In this document: positions 43,642 through 54,431 of the stretch, piece after piece
How positions within the stretch are numbered: the first letter of the stretch is position 1
Layout: each line of letters opens with the position of its first letter
Source of the DNA: an uncultured cyanobacterium
GTDB lineage: Bacteria; Cyanobacteriota; Cyanobacteriia; CAKZMO01
Direction: 5' to 3'
Length of the DNA: 64,000 nt
NCBI GenBank assembly: GCA_963719515.1
Contig: CAVRCJ010000001.1
Span: 64,001-128,000, forward strand
Made by a program: the position numbers and the translations under genes
The notes under the pieces: generated by a model
What the model was told of the DNA's origin: nothing
What the model saw: the letters and a program-made list of their open reading frames with translations, nothing else
Database searches by the model: none

Positions 43642-44925
43642 CTACGTCTGCTTGCTCACGATAGCTATGACAACCGGCAGGCCAATGATTACAGCGATGC
43701 CAGCGCCAGCTGCAATCAAGAGAATCGGCAGCACGGCCAATACCTCCCGTATCAACGCATCGGCAGTCCGTTTGCCTGTTTCCCAATAGACCCAATCGTC
43801 TCCCAACTGGCTGGCTAGAGTCGTGCTACCGGAAACCATCACCACAATGCCATTCCCGGTGGCCGGATTAATGCGTACCGTATGGTTTAAGGCGGGAAGG
43901 TTGGCCCCGTCGTGCCCCACCACAAGACCTGCCTCAGTCTTCATGTAGACACTGTGACCCAGTCCCCAAATGCCAGAGGTACCGGGCTGAGGCGTCGTCA
44001 TCTCTGATAGCGTCGCCGGACTGAGAACCGGGTTGCTGCCAAAATAGGCTCGTGTAAGAGCGGCCATATCTTGAGGTGTGGCGTACAGAGATGCCGCTGC
44101 TGTTGCTGTGTAGCGGCGGTGGGGTGCTGGTTGGAGGTCCGTATCAAAACTTGTGGCCAGGTGACTTTCGCGATCGCTCGCTTCAATGCTCTCCCAATCA
44201 AAGCTTGCGCCCGTCATATTCAGAGGCTGCAATACGGTCTCCGTCATATAGTCTGCAAAGGTCTGGCCAGTGACCTCTTCTACTAAAAGCTGCAGCACCG
44301 TGTAGCCACCCCCTGAATAGCGCCAGCGATCGCCCGGCTGCTGCGTCACCGCCACACCGCGCGGCTCACCGGCTGCCGGGTCATGGGCTAGGGTGAGCGA
44401 TTCTTCTAGGGTCTGCAGCGGTTCGCCGGGCAGAAATCCCGCATAGCCGAAGCCATCGCCCAAGCCCGCAGTATGGCTCAGCAATTGGCGGACCGTAACC
44501 TCGCTGGCGTCGTAATCTCCGGCGGAAAATTGCCAGCGGGTTAGATAGTTCGATACCCGGTCATCTAAAGTGACGATTCTTCCATCCTCAACGAGCTTCA
44601 TCACGCCCCAGGCGGTGACCAACTTGCTGACCGAGGCCATTTGGTAGAGAGTCTTATCGAACTGGACTGGGGCCTGTGATAAATCCGCGTCGCCAAAACC
44701 GTGGGTAGCGATCACCTGGCCGTTCTGCACTAGAGCAATGGCCGCACTGCCGAACCGCTGACCGGCGGCCTTACCTACGGTTGCCACGAGGTACTCCTCA
44801 AAGGCAGCGGCATCACCGCTGGAAGCGACGGGGCGAGTTACGGCAAGACTGGCGATCGTTACGCCAACGGCGGCTAGTACCCATAGGGCAATGAAACCCA
44901 ATTTAGAGAAGAGATAGGAACCCAT
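43642..44925 (-). CDS. Membrane-anchored serine hydrolase (beta-lactamase family)
   Basis: ASVSK, LLSHTAG, YSG, GHDG; N- and C-terminal TM helices. Confidence 0.88.
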   Translation of the reverse strand: MGSYLFSKLGFIALWVLAAVGVTIASLAVTRPVASSGDAAAFEEYLVATVGKAAGQRFGSAAIALVQNGQVIATHGFGDADLSQAPVQFDKTLYQMASVSKLVTAWGVMKLVEDGRIVTLDDRVSNYLTRWQFSAGDYDASEVTVRQLLSHTAGLGDGFGYAGFLPGEPLQTLEESLTLAHDPAAGEPRGVAVTQQPGDRWRYSGGGYTVLQLLVEEVTGQTFADYMTETVLQPLNMTGASFDWESIEASDRESHLATSFDTDLQPAPHRRYTATAAASLYATPQDMAALTRAYFGSNPVLSPATLSEMTTPQPGTSGIWGLGHSVYMKTEAGLVVGHDGANLPALNHTVRINPATGNGIVVMVSGSTTLASQLGDDWVYWETGKRTADALIREVLAVLPILLIAAGAGIAVIIGLPVVIAIVSKQT

Positions 44926-45243
44926 CAGGTCACACTTGGTAGGCTAAAACTTTTGTCCTTGGCTTGCCTCTCGGGAAAACGTAAATTTCTAGCTCCTCAA
45001 GAAATGCAGCAGGTGAAATGCTGTCGCTGCCTATCAGAAGACCCATATGAAGCTCACATCACCATGGGCGATCTGCCGCTGGGGTGGATTGTACCCCGAG
45101 AAACGCGGTAATGCGCTCTTGGGCAGCAGCAGCAGATGTCCTGCTTGCTGTAAAGCTGATGTCCTAATTTAGCGCAGCGTCCGTTTCTTATGCTAAGAAT
45201 TGATTTTCCACTATGAGTCCAATTTTGAGACCTTGCATCTTAG

Positions 45244-45799
45244 CCTAATACAGCTTCAAAAACCAAGCTCAACCTGCTCGCAGCTGCGGCTCAGGTCATC
45301 CGCGACAAAGGCGTCGCCCAGCTAACCCTGGAAGCCGTCGCCGACCAGGCCAAGGTCAGTAAAGGGGGGCTGCTATACCACTACCCCAGCAAACAGGCCC
45401 TGCTAACCGCCATGGTCACTCACCTGATTGATAGTTTCGAGACTGCGATCGCCGCCCAAATCGAAGCGGCGGATAGGAAAATGACCTGGCTAGAAGCTTA
45501 CGTCCTACTGTCCTTCGACCCTGAGCAGTCTCAGCTAGTGGAGAGCGCGGGCATCTTGGCGGCGGTGGTGGGCGCACCCTGAACTGCTAGAACCCCTGCA
45601 GCAGCAGTACCAGGCGTGGCAGGCCGCATCTGAGGCCAGCGGGCTTACACCTGCCTTAGCGACTGTGGTACGGCTGGCCGCTGACGGGTTATGGTTTACC
45701 GAGCTACTTGACGTCTCTCCACTGACGGAAGAGCGGCGATCGCAGGCTCTAGAGGCGCTGCTTGATCTGATTCGAACCCACAAGGAGCGACAGTCATGA
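45244..45799 (+). pseudogene. TetR-family regulator with disrupted start and frameshift near 45570
   Basis: LTLEAVADQAKVSKGGLLYHYPSKQALL; C-terminal VRLAADGLWF in another frame; stop overlaps P450 ATG. Confidence 0.85.
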
Positions 45800-47207
45800 C
45801 TAGCAACTTGATCCGTTCTAGTATCGAAAGGCCAAATCCGCCGAAAATCTCTCGCCTGACAGGGCTGGCCGCTCTTCGCAGCCTCATCCACTACAGCCGC
45901 CAGCCCCTAGAATTCTCCACCCTCACCCGCGAAAAGTATGGCGATGGCGTTTGCCTCACCCTTGGTCCGGTTCAAATCCACTTGCTCAACCATCCTGCTT
46001 TAATTGAAGCGGTACTGGCCAAGCAAAATCAGCGTTTTATCAAGGACATCAGCTACCGAGCCTTGAAGGGCGTATTCGGCGACGGGCTGCTGCTGAGCGA
46101 AGGGGACGTATGGAAGCGACACCGACGGCTGATGCAGCCAGGTTTTGAGGCGATCGCATGGCGCATTATGCCGCTACGGTGGTAGCAGACGCGGCTCAAG
46201 TGCTGGATTGCTGGCGAGTTGGGGAGGTGCGCGATGTGCATCAGGAGATGAGCCAGCTGACGGTGCGGGTGATCACCCAAGCGATGTTCGGCGTGGAGGT
46301 GGTAGAGACTGCGCTGGAGATTGGCGAGGCCATGGAGGCGATTATGGTGCGCTATTTTCACCAGGCGGAAACCTGGTTTTTGATGCCGAACTGGTAGCCC
46401 ACTGCGAGCAACCGGAAAGCCCATAAAGCCACACGGCGACTGAGGACGCTAGTCGACGACATCATTGACCAGCGCCGTCAAACCCCCAAAGGTGATCTGC
46501 TCTCAGCCCTGCTGCAAGCTCAAGACGAAGCCGGTGAACGGCTCTCCCAGCAGGAGCTGCGGGATGAGGTGATGACGCTGCTGCTGGCGGGGCACGAGAC
46601 GACGGCCAATGCCTTAACCTGGACGCTGTTGCTCCTGGCTCAGCACCCAGCAGTATGGGACAGGCTGGCGAAGGAGGTGCATTTGGTCTTGGGCGATCGC
46701 TTGCCCACCTATGGCGATTTGCCCCAGCTGCACTACACCAAGTGCATCATCAAAGAATCAATGCGGCTCTACCCACCGGCTTGGGCGCTAGGCCGCGAGG
46801 TGGTTGAGGATTGCCAGATTGAGGGCTATAGCCTGAAGCGCGGGACCGCAGTTTACGTCAGCCAGTGGGTTATGCAACGCGTCCCACGCTTTTTTGAAGA
46901 ACCAGAGCAGTTTTGCCCGCAGCGATGGGCGGGAGGCTTAGAGCAGCGCTTGCCTCGCGGGGTCTATTTCCCCTTTGGCGCAGGACCACGGGTTTGCATT
47001 GGCAAAGCCTTTTCGATGATGGAGTCGGTGTTGATTTTGGCAATGGTAGCGCAGCGGTTTCGACTGAGGCTGGCACCGCAGCCGCCGGTAGAGCTACTGC
47101 CGTCGATTACGCTGCGGCCAAAGCGGGGCGTTGAGATGAGAGTACAGCGCAAATGGTGCTTCTCCGCGCAAAAGCCTATACTTGGACAGAGGGCTTGTCT
47201 CGATTGA
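45796..47207 (+). pseudogene. Cytochrome P450, frameshift near 46150 and in-frame TAG at 46395
   Basis: AGHETT, ESMR, FGAGPRVCIG heme motif. Confidence 0.9.
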
Positions 47208-47632
47208 GCTGGACCTTGCCAACAGAGCCAGAAAGGCGAGAGCTTTTCATACCCCTAGACTGAATTGAGTGCCGCCTTGGTCGTTCTGAGATAGGCTAGG
47301 AATGGGTTATAGCCTATCCTGACGGGGCGAGCATCTTGTTCAAAAAGCTCTGTAGATTTAGTCCAATTTTAGTCCAACTAAGAACGCGATCGCCAAAACC
47401 CTTATCGGGCAAGTGTTTATGGAAGTTTCTGATTATTTGCGGGTTACCGCAAATAATCAAAGGGCTGTTAATATCGGCGGGAGTCCTAGCGGAAGCTCTA
47501 ACCTTATACAACTTCTCTGTAGACTGTCTCTCCACTTCCTTACCCCCTTTTTGCCCTGGTATCCTGGCCTGCTATGGTCTAACGCGCTCCAAATCAGCAG
47601 CTAGCTGAGTCTTCAAGGCACCCAATTCGTTA

Positions 47633-48037
47633 ATGCAGCCCCGCTCACCCCGTAATTCAGGCCCCACAACAGAGCTAGCAAAGCAGCGCAACCAGGCCGC
47701 AGCGGAAAGGACTCTGCTTGCCTGGATTCAAAACAGCCTGATGCTGCTCGGCTTGGGCATCACGCTCAACTATGTTGCGGCTTCACTTCTCCAAAACGCT
47801 TCTAGTTTTAATGAGGCGATCGCTCAGTCAGCGTTTGATTCACTCAGCCTACTCGTCATACCCTTAGGGCTCATCTTGCTCGCATTGGCAATCTGGCAAT
47901 ACCGGCTTTCGGTGCGATCGCTTCGGCGCAAGAATGACGTTTTGCTCCCAAGTCAGCTGATGGTGATAGTTGCAGTCGTATCAGTGACTCTGTTTGGAAT
48001 TATTTCAGCCGTCATCGTTTTGTTCAGAAGCGTCTAA
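47633..48037 (+). CDS. YidH/DUF202 family membrane protein
   Basis: ELAKQRNQAAAERTLLAWIQ plus three TM helices. Confidence 0.85.
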   Translation: MQPRSPRNSGPTTELAKQRNQAAAERTLLAWIQNSLMLLGLGITLNYVAASLLQNASSFNEAIAQSAFDSLSLLVIPLGLILLALAIWQYRLSVRSLRRKNDVLLPSQLMVIVAVVSVTLFGIISAVIVLFRSV

Positions 48038-48043
48038 TCCTTT

Positions 48044-48442
48044 TCAGGTAAACGCCTTGATTAAAATTCCAACAAAAGCAACCACCCCAAACACGAGTAG
48101 CGAATTGGCCACGATCAGGCCGATGGAGCGCTCAGGAACGTAGGTATAGTCCTCGTGCTGGATGTGCTTAAGCTCCTGGCGATGCTGCACAGCTGCCGCC
48201 AGCGTCGCCCAGGTCCCCAGAGCAATGAAGAACAGGCCCAAAATTCGCGATAGCCGAATTGGGTTATTGACCCCCGCTACGTTGTTCAGCGCTGCCACGA
48301 TCTGGTCAATACCGAAGCCAAAGCTAATCAAAGAAAGACTTGTCCGAATCCACGCCATCAGCGTTCGCTCTGCGGCCGCCTGGTTTCTTTTCTTAGCAAG
48401 TTCAGTTTTGAGGTCGAGGCGAGTAGTTTGAGGAGCTTGCAT
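48044..48442 (-). CDS. YidH/DUF202 family membrane protein
   Basis: AAERTLMAWIRTSLSLISFGF plus three TM helices. Confidence 0.9.
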   Translation of the reverse strand: MQAPQTTRLDLKTELAKKRNQAAAERTLMAWIRTSLSLISFGFGIDQIVAALNNVAGVNNPIRLSRILGLFFIALGTWATLAAAVQHRQELKHIQHEDYTYVPERSIGLIVANSLLVFGVVAFVGILIKAFT

Positions 48443-48863
48443 GGCTGTAGTTTCGGTGGGGCGATCGCTAAGCGAGTAGTCTTTCAGATCGTAGTCGTAT
48501 CGGTAACTCTCCTTGACCATTCCAGGCAGGTCACCTAGGTGATTTGGCCTTGCTGAAAGGGGTCGAGGAGAACCAGGGTGATCTTCCCACAGCCCGCGAT
48601 CGCCTAGCTCACGTCCCAGACCGCTAGCGCTGAAGATGGGAGGCCCCATGACAAGATAATCGCGGTCCAACTGTGTTGCCCCTCCACCTTACACTCAGCG
48701 TCGGGGCGGCAATTTGTCCAGATACAGTCCTGGTACTTCAGTCCGGGAAGGAAGTAATGAGAGTAACCTACTGCTTTGGGCATATTCAGCACAGATACCG
48801 CCACAGCGATCGCCAGAAGTAGTGGCGCAGATTCAGTTTGCCCAAGACAAATACTAATGCTCA

Positions 48864-49454
48864 ATGCTCAAAAACTATATTGCCCTGGCCGGTTTACTGG
48901 TCTCCAGCCTCTCCACCGCGATAATGCTCCCTTGGAGTCAACCAGTCAATGCTCTCCCGGCCGTTGATTCCGCCTGCTACATGATTGGCGGACCCGGACA
49001 AACCCTCGACTTATCTGCCCTATGCGGGCAGGGCTCAACCGCCGCACCACAAGCACCAGCGCCCGTTGGCACCTCCAGCCCTAGCTTCGAGCAAGCGATG
49101 GACAATATAGGCTTAAGGCGCTGGACAGATGGCCAATTTGACAATATTGCTTTTGATGTTTGGACCAAGCAGGGCGGGGGATTCTACTACTTCCTCTGGT
49201 CTATGCCAGCCCCTGAAGATCGCAGTGATCCAGACGTCGTCGTGTTCTTCGATAGCAGCGTTTCTCGCCTCAACAGAGCCTTCGTGCTGGGGTGCTACTT
49301 TTCCTCTGGAAGCACCTGTACCGGGGATGGACTCTCGCCAGCAGGCTATACCGAGAGTGCCGTTGAACATCTTATCGACGATCTATCGATAATATCGCCG
49401 CACGTTCGGCGAAGAGGCCCCTGCAATGTAAACTGCATCAGCGGATTTCGCTAG
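48864..49454 (+). CDS. Secreted hypothetical protein
   Basis: Signal peptide; CYM....GQTLDLSALCG motif. Confidence 0.7.
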   Translation: MLKNYIALAGLLVSSLSTAIMLPWSQPVNALPAVDSACYMIGGPGQTLDLSALCGQGSTAAPQAPAPVGTSSPSFEQAMDNIGLRRWTDGQFDNIAFDVWTKQGGGFYYFLWSMPAPEDRSDPDVVVFFDSSVSRLNRAFVLGCYFSSGSTCTGDGLSPAGYTESAVEHLIDDLSIISPHVRRRGPCNVNCISGFR

Positions 49455-49558
49455 ACTCTACCCCCGTTCGGCCTGAGGCCATCACTTGCCTATTGCGCTC
49501 ACCATAAGCCCAGCAGCAACTTCACCGATAGCCTTTAATTCAGCTTCAGAAAGACACA

Positions 49559-49693
49559 ATGCATTCGTTTATGGCAATTCAGCGTCACGCTAAACCGGCT
49601 GAGGTTGCGGGGATGGTGGCCTATTCGGTTGGCCCTGAGGTGTCGATCGCGACGGGGGCGCAGCACGCTATCGATGGTGGTTTTGGGGCGTAA
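49559..49693 (+). pseudogene. C-terminal remnant of a BdcA-like SDR oxidoreductase
   Basis: MHSFMAIQRHAKPAEVAGMVAY.VGPE...ATGAQHAIDGGFGA*. Confidence 0.75.
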
Positions 49694-49716
49694 AGAACGG
49701 GCATCTTTCCTCTTTT

Positions 49717-49764
49717 AGGCGATCGCTACGCGGGCGTTTTCCGCAGTGGGCGATCGCCTTTTTG
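49717..49764 (+). terminator. Intrinsic terminator-like hairpin
   Basis: AGGCGATCGC...GCGATCGCCT followed by T run. Confidence 0.65.
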
Positions 49765-49822
49765 TGAGACTGTGAGTTTCATAGTGAGACTCATAGTGGT
49801 TGAGGTGGTCTCAGATTAAGAG
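49765..49822 (+). repeat. 58-bp composite palindromic site, copy 3
   Basis: TGAGAC-N5-GTTTCA-N3-TGAGAC-N17-GTCTCA-N3-TAAGAG. Confidence 0.65.
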
Positions 49823-49902
49823 CAATAGAGCTATTGACCGAGTTATTCCTCTTCGACTATGCTGCAAAGGTCATAGTTGATTGAGCCGCTAAACGGTAAT
49901 TC

Positions 49903-49977
49903 ATGCAGCAGCGTTCTCCACAATTCGCCCTACTCCTAGGGCTGCTGCTCCTGCGCGTCAAGCGCAGAACAATTTGA
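49903..49977 (+). CDS. Putative leucine leader peptide
   Basis: MQQRSPQFALLLGLLLLRVKRRTI: 7 Leu in 8 codons, upstream of leuA. Confidence 0.7.
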   Translation: MQQRSPQFALLLGLLLLRVKRRTI

Positions 49978-50147
49978 CATACTATTTTTCCACCGCAGTA
50001 TAAGCATCGGACGCCCTAGGCTACGCTAGGGGCTGACTTCATATAGGCTTTTGCTAGCAAGGCAGGCACCGTACAGGTGGCCTGTCCTTCATCCATCTCT
50101 GGTGCTCTTAGGCAGTGGTCCATAACACCGCCATGGACGTGTTCAGC

Positions 50148-50228
50148 GTTCTGGAAGCCCCTCGTTTTGAGGGAAGGGAACCAGACTCTCCTCTCCCAAA
50201 ATTGGGAGAGGGGCCGGGGAAGAGCGCC
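50148..50228. repeat. Cyanobacterial short dispersed palindromic repeat
   Basis: CCTCTCCCAA-AA-TTGGGAGAGG hairpin with companion hairpin. Confidence 0.6.
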
Positions 50229-50343
50229 AAAGCCGCGCTAAACACATGCCTACCATGCCCATACTCTCAATTCCATGCCCTACCGTGGCACCGTCGCATT
50301 CCCACGGCCCAATATCCAAATTCACAACACCCGAGTTTCTACC

Positions 50344-52050
50344 ATGTTGACTAATCCCGCAGCCAAATATCAACCCTTTCAGCCCGTCAATTTACCCAAT
50401 CGCACCTGGCCCAGCCAAACCATCACCCAGCCCCCCGTCTGGCTGAGTACCGACCTGCGAGACGGCAACCAGGCTCTCATCGAACCCATGAACCGTCGCC
50501 GCAAGCTGGATATGTTTGAGCTGCTGGTGGCCATCGGATTTAAGGAAATCGAAGTGGCCTTTCCCTCCGCCTCGCAAACTGATTTCGACTTCGTCCGCGA
50601 CCTCATTGAAGGCGATCGCATCCCCGACGACGTCACCATTCAGGTGCTCACCCAGGCCCGAGAGCACCTCATCCGCCGAACCTTCGAGTCGCTGCGGGGG
50701 GCAAAGCGGGCCATTGTTCATGTCTACAACGCCACTGCGCCCAACTTCCGCCGCGTGGTGTTCCGGCAGGATAAAGCCGGCACCATCGAGCTCGCTGTCA
50801 ACGCGGCCCAGCTGATTCAAGCGTTGGCTGCCCAGCAGCCCGACACCCACTGGCGCTTTCAGTACTCCCCGGAAACCTTCACCGCCACTGAGCTAGACTT
50901 CGCCAAAGACATTTGCGACGCGGTCCTCGACGTCTGGCAGCCTACCGCTGACCGCAAAGCTATCATCAACCTTCCCGCCACTGTGGAAGTTTCTACCCCG
51001 AACGGCTTTGCCGACCAGGTGGAGTGGATGCACCGCCACATGGCCCACCGCGAAAACACCGTTCTCAGCGTTCACACCCACAACGACCGGGGCTGTGCGA
51101 TCGCCGCCGCAGAGTTGGCCCAGCTAGCGGGAGCCGACCGAGTAGAAGGCTGTCTATTTGGCAACGGGGAGCGCACCGGCAACGTGGACTTAGTCACCCT
51201 AGCCCTGAATCTCTATACCCAGGGCGTTCATCCCGGCCTGGATTTCTCCCACATTAACGAGGTGGCCCGCACCGTAGAAAACTGCACCCAGCTCCCTATC
51301 CACCCCCGTCATCCCTATGTGGGCGACTTGGTGTTCACCGCCTTTTCCGGCTCTCACCAGGACGCCATCAAAAAAGGCTTCGAGGCCCACGACGCTGCTG
51401 GGCTGTGGGAGATACCCTATCTGCCTATTGACCCCGCCGACCTGGGCCGCACCTACGAGTCGGTGATTCGGGTCAACAGCCAGTCGGGCAAGGGGGGGAT
51501 GGCTTTCTTGCTTGAGCGGGACTACGGTCTGGCCATGCCCCGCCGCATGCAGATTGAGTTCAGCCAGGTGGTGCAGCGGGTGATGGATGAGCGGGGTGAG
51601 GAGATGACCTCCGCACAGCTTTGGGATCTGTTTCAGCAGGAGTATCTGCAGCGGTCTACGCCGTTTAAGCTAGACACCTATCGGCTGATGGAGAGCGGCA
51701 CGGACCAGGAGATTGGCGCTACGGTGCGCTTTAACGGCCAAGACTTTTCTATTGCAGGCTGCGGCAATGGTCCTATTGATGCCTTCTTAGACGCACTGGA
51801 TATGCAGGTGAAGGTACACCACTACGAAGAGCGATCGCTCTCCCACGGTAGCGACGCTAAGGCGATCGCCTTTGTTGAGCTGTCGGGGGACTTTATTCCT
51901 AGCTCAACGTTTGGTGTAGGAATCCACGAGAACATTGTGACGGCGTCGCTGCTGGCGGTGCTGTGTGCAGTGAACCGGGTGATGGCGCAGGTGGATGAAG
52001 GTGCTCGTCGTAGGCTGCTGCAGCGATTTGAGCAGGCTTTGATTGTCTGA
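50344..52050 (+). CDS. leuA: 2-isopropylmalate synthase, LeuA type 2 (yeast/proteobacterial-like)
   Basis: [45 protein letters not shown]. Confidence 0.96.
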   Translation: MLTNPAAKYQPFQPVNLPNRTWPSQTITQPPVWLSTDLRDGNQALIEPMNRRRKLDMFELLVAIGFKEIEVAFPSASQTDFDFVRDLIEGDRIPDDVTIQVLTQAREHLIRRTFESLRGAKRAIVHVYNATAPNFRRVVFRQDKAGTIELAVNAAQLIQALAAQQPDTHWRFQYSPETFTATELDFAKDICDAVLDVWQPTADRKAIINLPATVEVSTPNGFADQVEWMHRHMAHRENTVLSVHTHNDRGCAIAAAELAQLAGADRVEGCLFGNGERTGNVDLVTLALNLYTQGVHPGLDFSHINEVARTVENCTQLPIHPRHPYVGDLVFTAFSGSHQDAIKKGFEAHDAAGLWEIPYLPIDPADLGRTYESVIRVNSQSGKGGMAFLLERDYGLAMPRRMQIEFSQVVQRVMDERGEEMTSAQLWDLFQQEYLQRSTPFKLDTYRLMESGTDQEIGATVRFNGQDFSIAGCGNGPIDAFLDALDMQVKVHHYEERSLSHGSDAKAIAFVELSGDFIPSSTFGVGIHENIVTASLLAVLCAVNRVMAQVDEGARRRLLQRFEQALIV

Positions 52051-52087
52051 AGGAGGCGATCGCGTGCTTGCTCTAGCCATATCAAGA

Positions 52088-52153
52088 TAAGACGGGAAAA
52101 GCCAAGATAAGACTAATTCTGAAGAGAGTCGTCTTAGTCTAAGACGACTCTCT
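52088..52153 (+). repeat. 58-bp composite palindromic site, copy 4, ending in a perfect 31-bp palindrome
   Basis: TAAGAC-N5-AAGCCA-N3-TAAGAC-N17-GTCTTA-N3-TAAGAC; 52123-52153 has 15-bp arms. Confidence 0.6.
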
Positions 52154-52411
52154 CGAACAATTCATTCAACTGCGGCACGGGGCGGGCTTTTAAGAGGGGA
52201 GAGCGCTGCTTTGGACTGGGCTGGACAATCACTCGCCTAGAGGTGATCTAAATCACTCGGTCGTATGATTGACAACCTGAACTAATCTCGGAGTCTTCCT
52301 GAATAAACCTCAACTTTTCGGGATTTTTTCTGCTCAGCGATTTTGGAATACTTAAGTCATCGAAAGGCCACACGAAGCACCTCTCACCTGACAACTTTAC
52401 CCCCCAAAGCC

Positions 52412-52588
52412 ATGACTACTCTCACTTATCGCGGCGTCCAGTTCGAGAACGATACGACTTCCGTTGAGACTGCTGACCTCGGTATCTCTGGGATCTATCG
52501 CGGCAGCAAGACATCCTTTACCCGTTCCACGGCCAAGCCCTCAACCGGCAAACCTATGCAGTTTCTGGGTAAGAAATACGCAGCTTAA
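52412..52588 (+). CDS. DUF4278-like small protein
   Basis: LTYRGV...GIYRG...QFLGKKY repeats. Confidence 0.75.
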   Translation: MTTLTYRGVQFENDTTSVETADLGISGIYRGSKTSFTRSTAKPSTGKPMQFLGKKYAA

Positions 52589-52619
52589 CTCTATGGTTTG
52601 AGCATCTACGGAGTCCCCT

Positions 52620-52892
52620 ATGCAATCGCCATCCTTCCGTTCTCGCGGTCCGCTCCCCTCTTCCACAAATCTGGCTCGCCCTGCCCACTTAGAGCCGCAG
52701 CGCTGGCTGCATCAGCTAACGAGCAGCCTACACCGGCTGCTCACGGCAGACGATTCTATGCGCGTCACGCGTCAAATCTGGGGAGGGCGAACCTACTGGG
52801 TCGCTTACGACCCGACTACCTCGAAGCAGTATCTATTTGAATCTGAGGATGAGGGCTACGCTTGGCTAGAAGCCCATACGCCTCAAGGCTAG
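52620..52892 (+). CDS. Conserved-looking cyanobacterial hypothetical protein
   Basis: W.AYDP.T.....F.SE.E...WLE motif. Confidence 0.65.
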   Translation: MQSPSFRSRGPLPSSTNLARPAHLEPQRWLHQLTSSLHRLLTADDSMRVTRQIWGGRTYWVAYDPTTSKQYLFESEDEGYAWLEAHTPQG

Positions 52893-53480
52893 AGGTGAGG
52901 TGTATGGTCAGAGCTATCGAACCTGTCGCTCTGCCATTAGTCTGCACTTCTTTGCTATAGCAAATGGTTCTGCGGTCATATCCAACAACATTGATGCCTT
53001 GGCCTTCAGTGGTCAGGGCGCTTTTCTATATGCGATCGCTCAAGCAGGGCGCTTGAGTTTGAGCCCTGCTTGACGAGAAGGCCTCTATTTACCGGCTAAT
53101 TGCTCCGCGCCGCTTTTGTGTATGGCTTCGCCGACGATTTCGCTGACTGACTTAGACTGCTTCTCCGCTAAATCCTTAGCAATTTTGACAGTGGACCGCG
53201 AAATTCTTAACGTGACAACAACCCAATCTTTTTTATCACTTTTCATTTTGCGTGCCAGGAATTGTTTTGGATGGTCATTGAACCCTGATTTTTACCCTGC
53301 TAAATAGCAGTTTGTAACCTGCCAAGGCTTGAGAAGAATCCTTTCTTTTATCGCAAAATACTAAGTTAAGGAATTCCGTTCCTAAACATAATTATAATCG
53401 AATCCTACAGCAAAGTCAGGGCTAAATGCACTGCTTGCATTATGTCTATACCGTAATTACATAATTAAAACATTACCGCT

Positions 53481-54395
53481 TCAGGCTGCCTCAGAAGCCT
53501 CAGACTGCGGCAGCGACAGCACCAGCACCCCAGCAAGAATCAACGCCGCCCCCTGCAGGCTCAAAACCGGAATTTGCTCACCGAGCAGGACAACAGCCAC
53601 GATCGCCGCAAAGATTGGGGTGAGTAAGTTTAGCGTCGTCGTCAAAATGGGAGAAAGGTGCTTTGCCGCAAAGCTGTAGCAAAGCGTTGGCACAACCGTT
53701 GACACTGTCCCCAAACCTAACGCAATCCACCAGACGTCAGGCTGTGCCAGCTTCTCGATCCAAACTGGCGACGGTAGCGAAGCCATTGGCACAATGACAA
53801 TTGACCCCAAAGCGAACGTCATAAACGCGATCGCAATCGGATTGAGGGCGCGTCTTTTTCCGGCGTAGTGCTTAAACAGCGAGGCGTAGCCAAGGGTGAC
53901 GCAGGCGGAAAGTAGCGCAAAAAATAGCCCCGTTAAATAAGTCGAGCGTCCAAATTCGACCTGAAGTTTGGGCAAGACAAACAGCACTAACCCTACAAAC
54001 GCGGTGATGGCCCCAATCCCCTCGCTTCGCCTTAGCGGCGCTCGCAAAACCAACTTGAGGCCCAATCCCATCAGCGGTGAGAGGCCGACAATCAGGACGA
54101 CGTCGCTGACCGGAGCCAGCTGAAAGGCCCGCACCGCGAACAGATAGTAGAGCACCATCAGGCTAGACAAGCTGAGTCCCGGCGGCGATCGCATCAGAGA
54201 GAGAAACTCTGCTCTCAGCGAGTCATTGGCCAAAAAAACTGGCCCCGTCACCCCGCAGGCAATGGCAAGCCGAAGCGCCAGCACCTCCAGCGTCGTAAAG
54301 TCTGGCAGCAGCTTTACAAAGGAGCCTGTAATCCCCCATCCCAGGGCGGATAGGCAACCCGAAGCAATAGCGTAGGCGCGGAGGGACTGGGTCAT
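53481..54395 (-). CDS. DMT/EamA family transporter
   Basis: About ten TM helices in two EamA repeats, LLGE motif. Confidence 0.9.
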   Translation of the reverse strand: MTQSLRAYAIASGCLSALGWGITGSFVKLLPDFTTLEVLALRLAIACGVTGPVFLANDSLRAEFLSLMRSPPGLSLSSLMVLYYLFAVRAFQLAPVSDVVLIVGLSPLMGLGLKLVLRAPLRRSEGIGAITAFVGLVLFVLPKLQVEFGRSTYLTGLFFALLSACVTLGYASLFKHYAGKRRALNPIAIAFMTFALGSIVIVPMASLPSPVWIEKLAQPDVWWIALGLGTVSTVVPTLCYSFAAKHLSPILTTTLNLLTPIFAAIVAVVLLGEQIPVLSLQGAALILAGVLVLSLPQSEASEAA

Positions 54396-54431
54396 AGCTT
54401 ACACTTTGGTCGTTTATCCTAGCGGCGATCG

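Noticed and set aside
52260..52411. Glutamine riboswitch before the DUF4278-like gene
   Set aside because: Could not find the conserved glnA or Downstream-peptide motif blocks by eye; cmscan would decide
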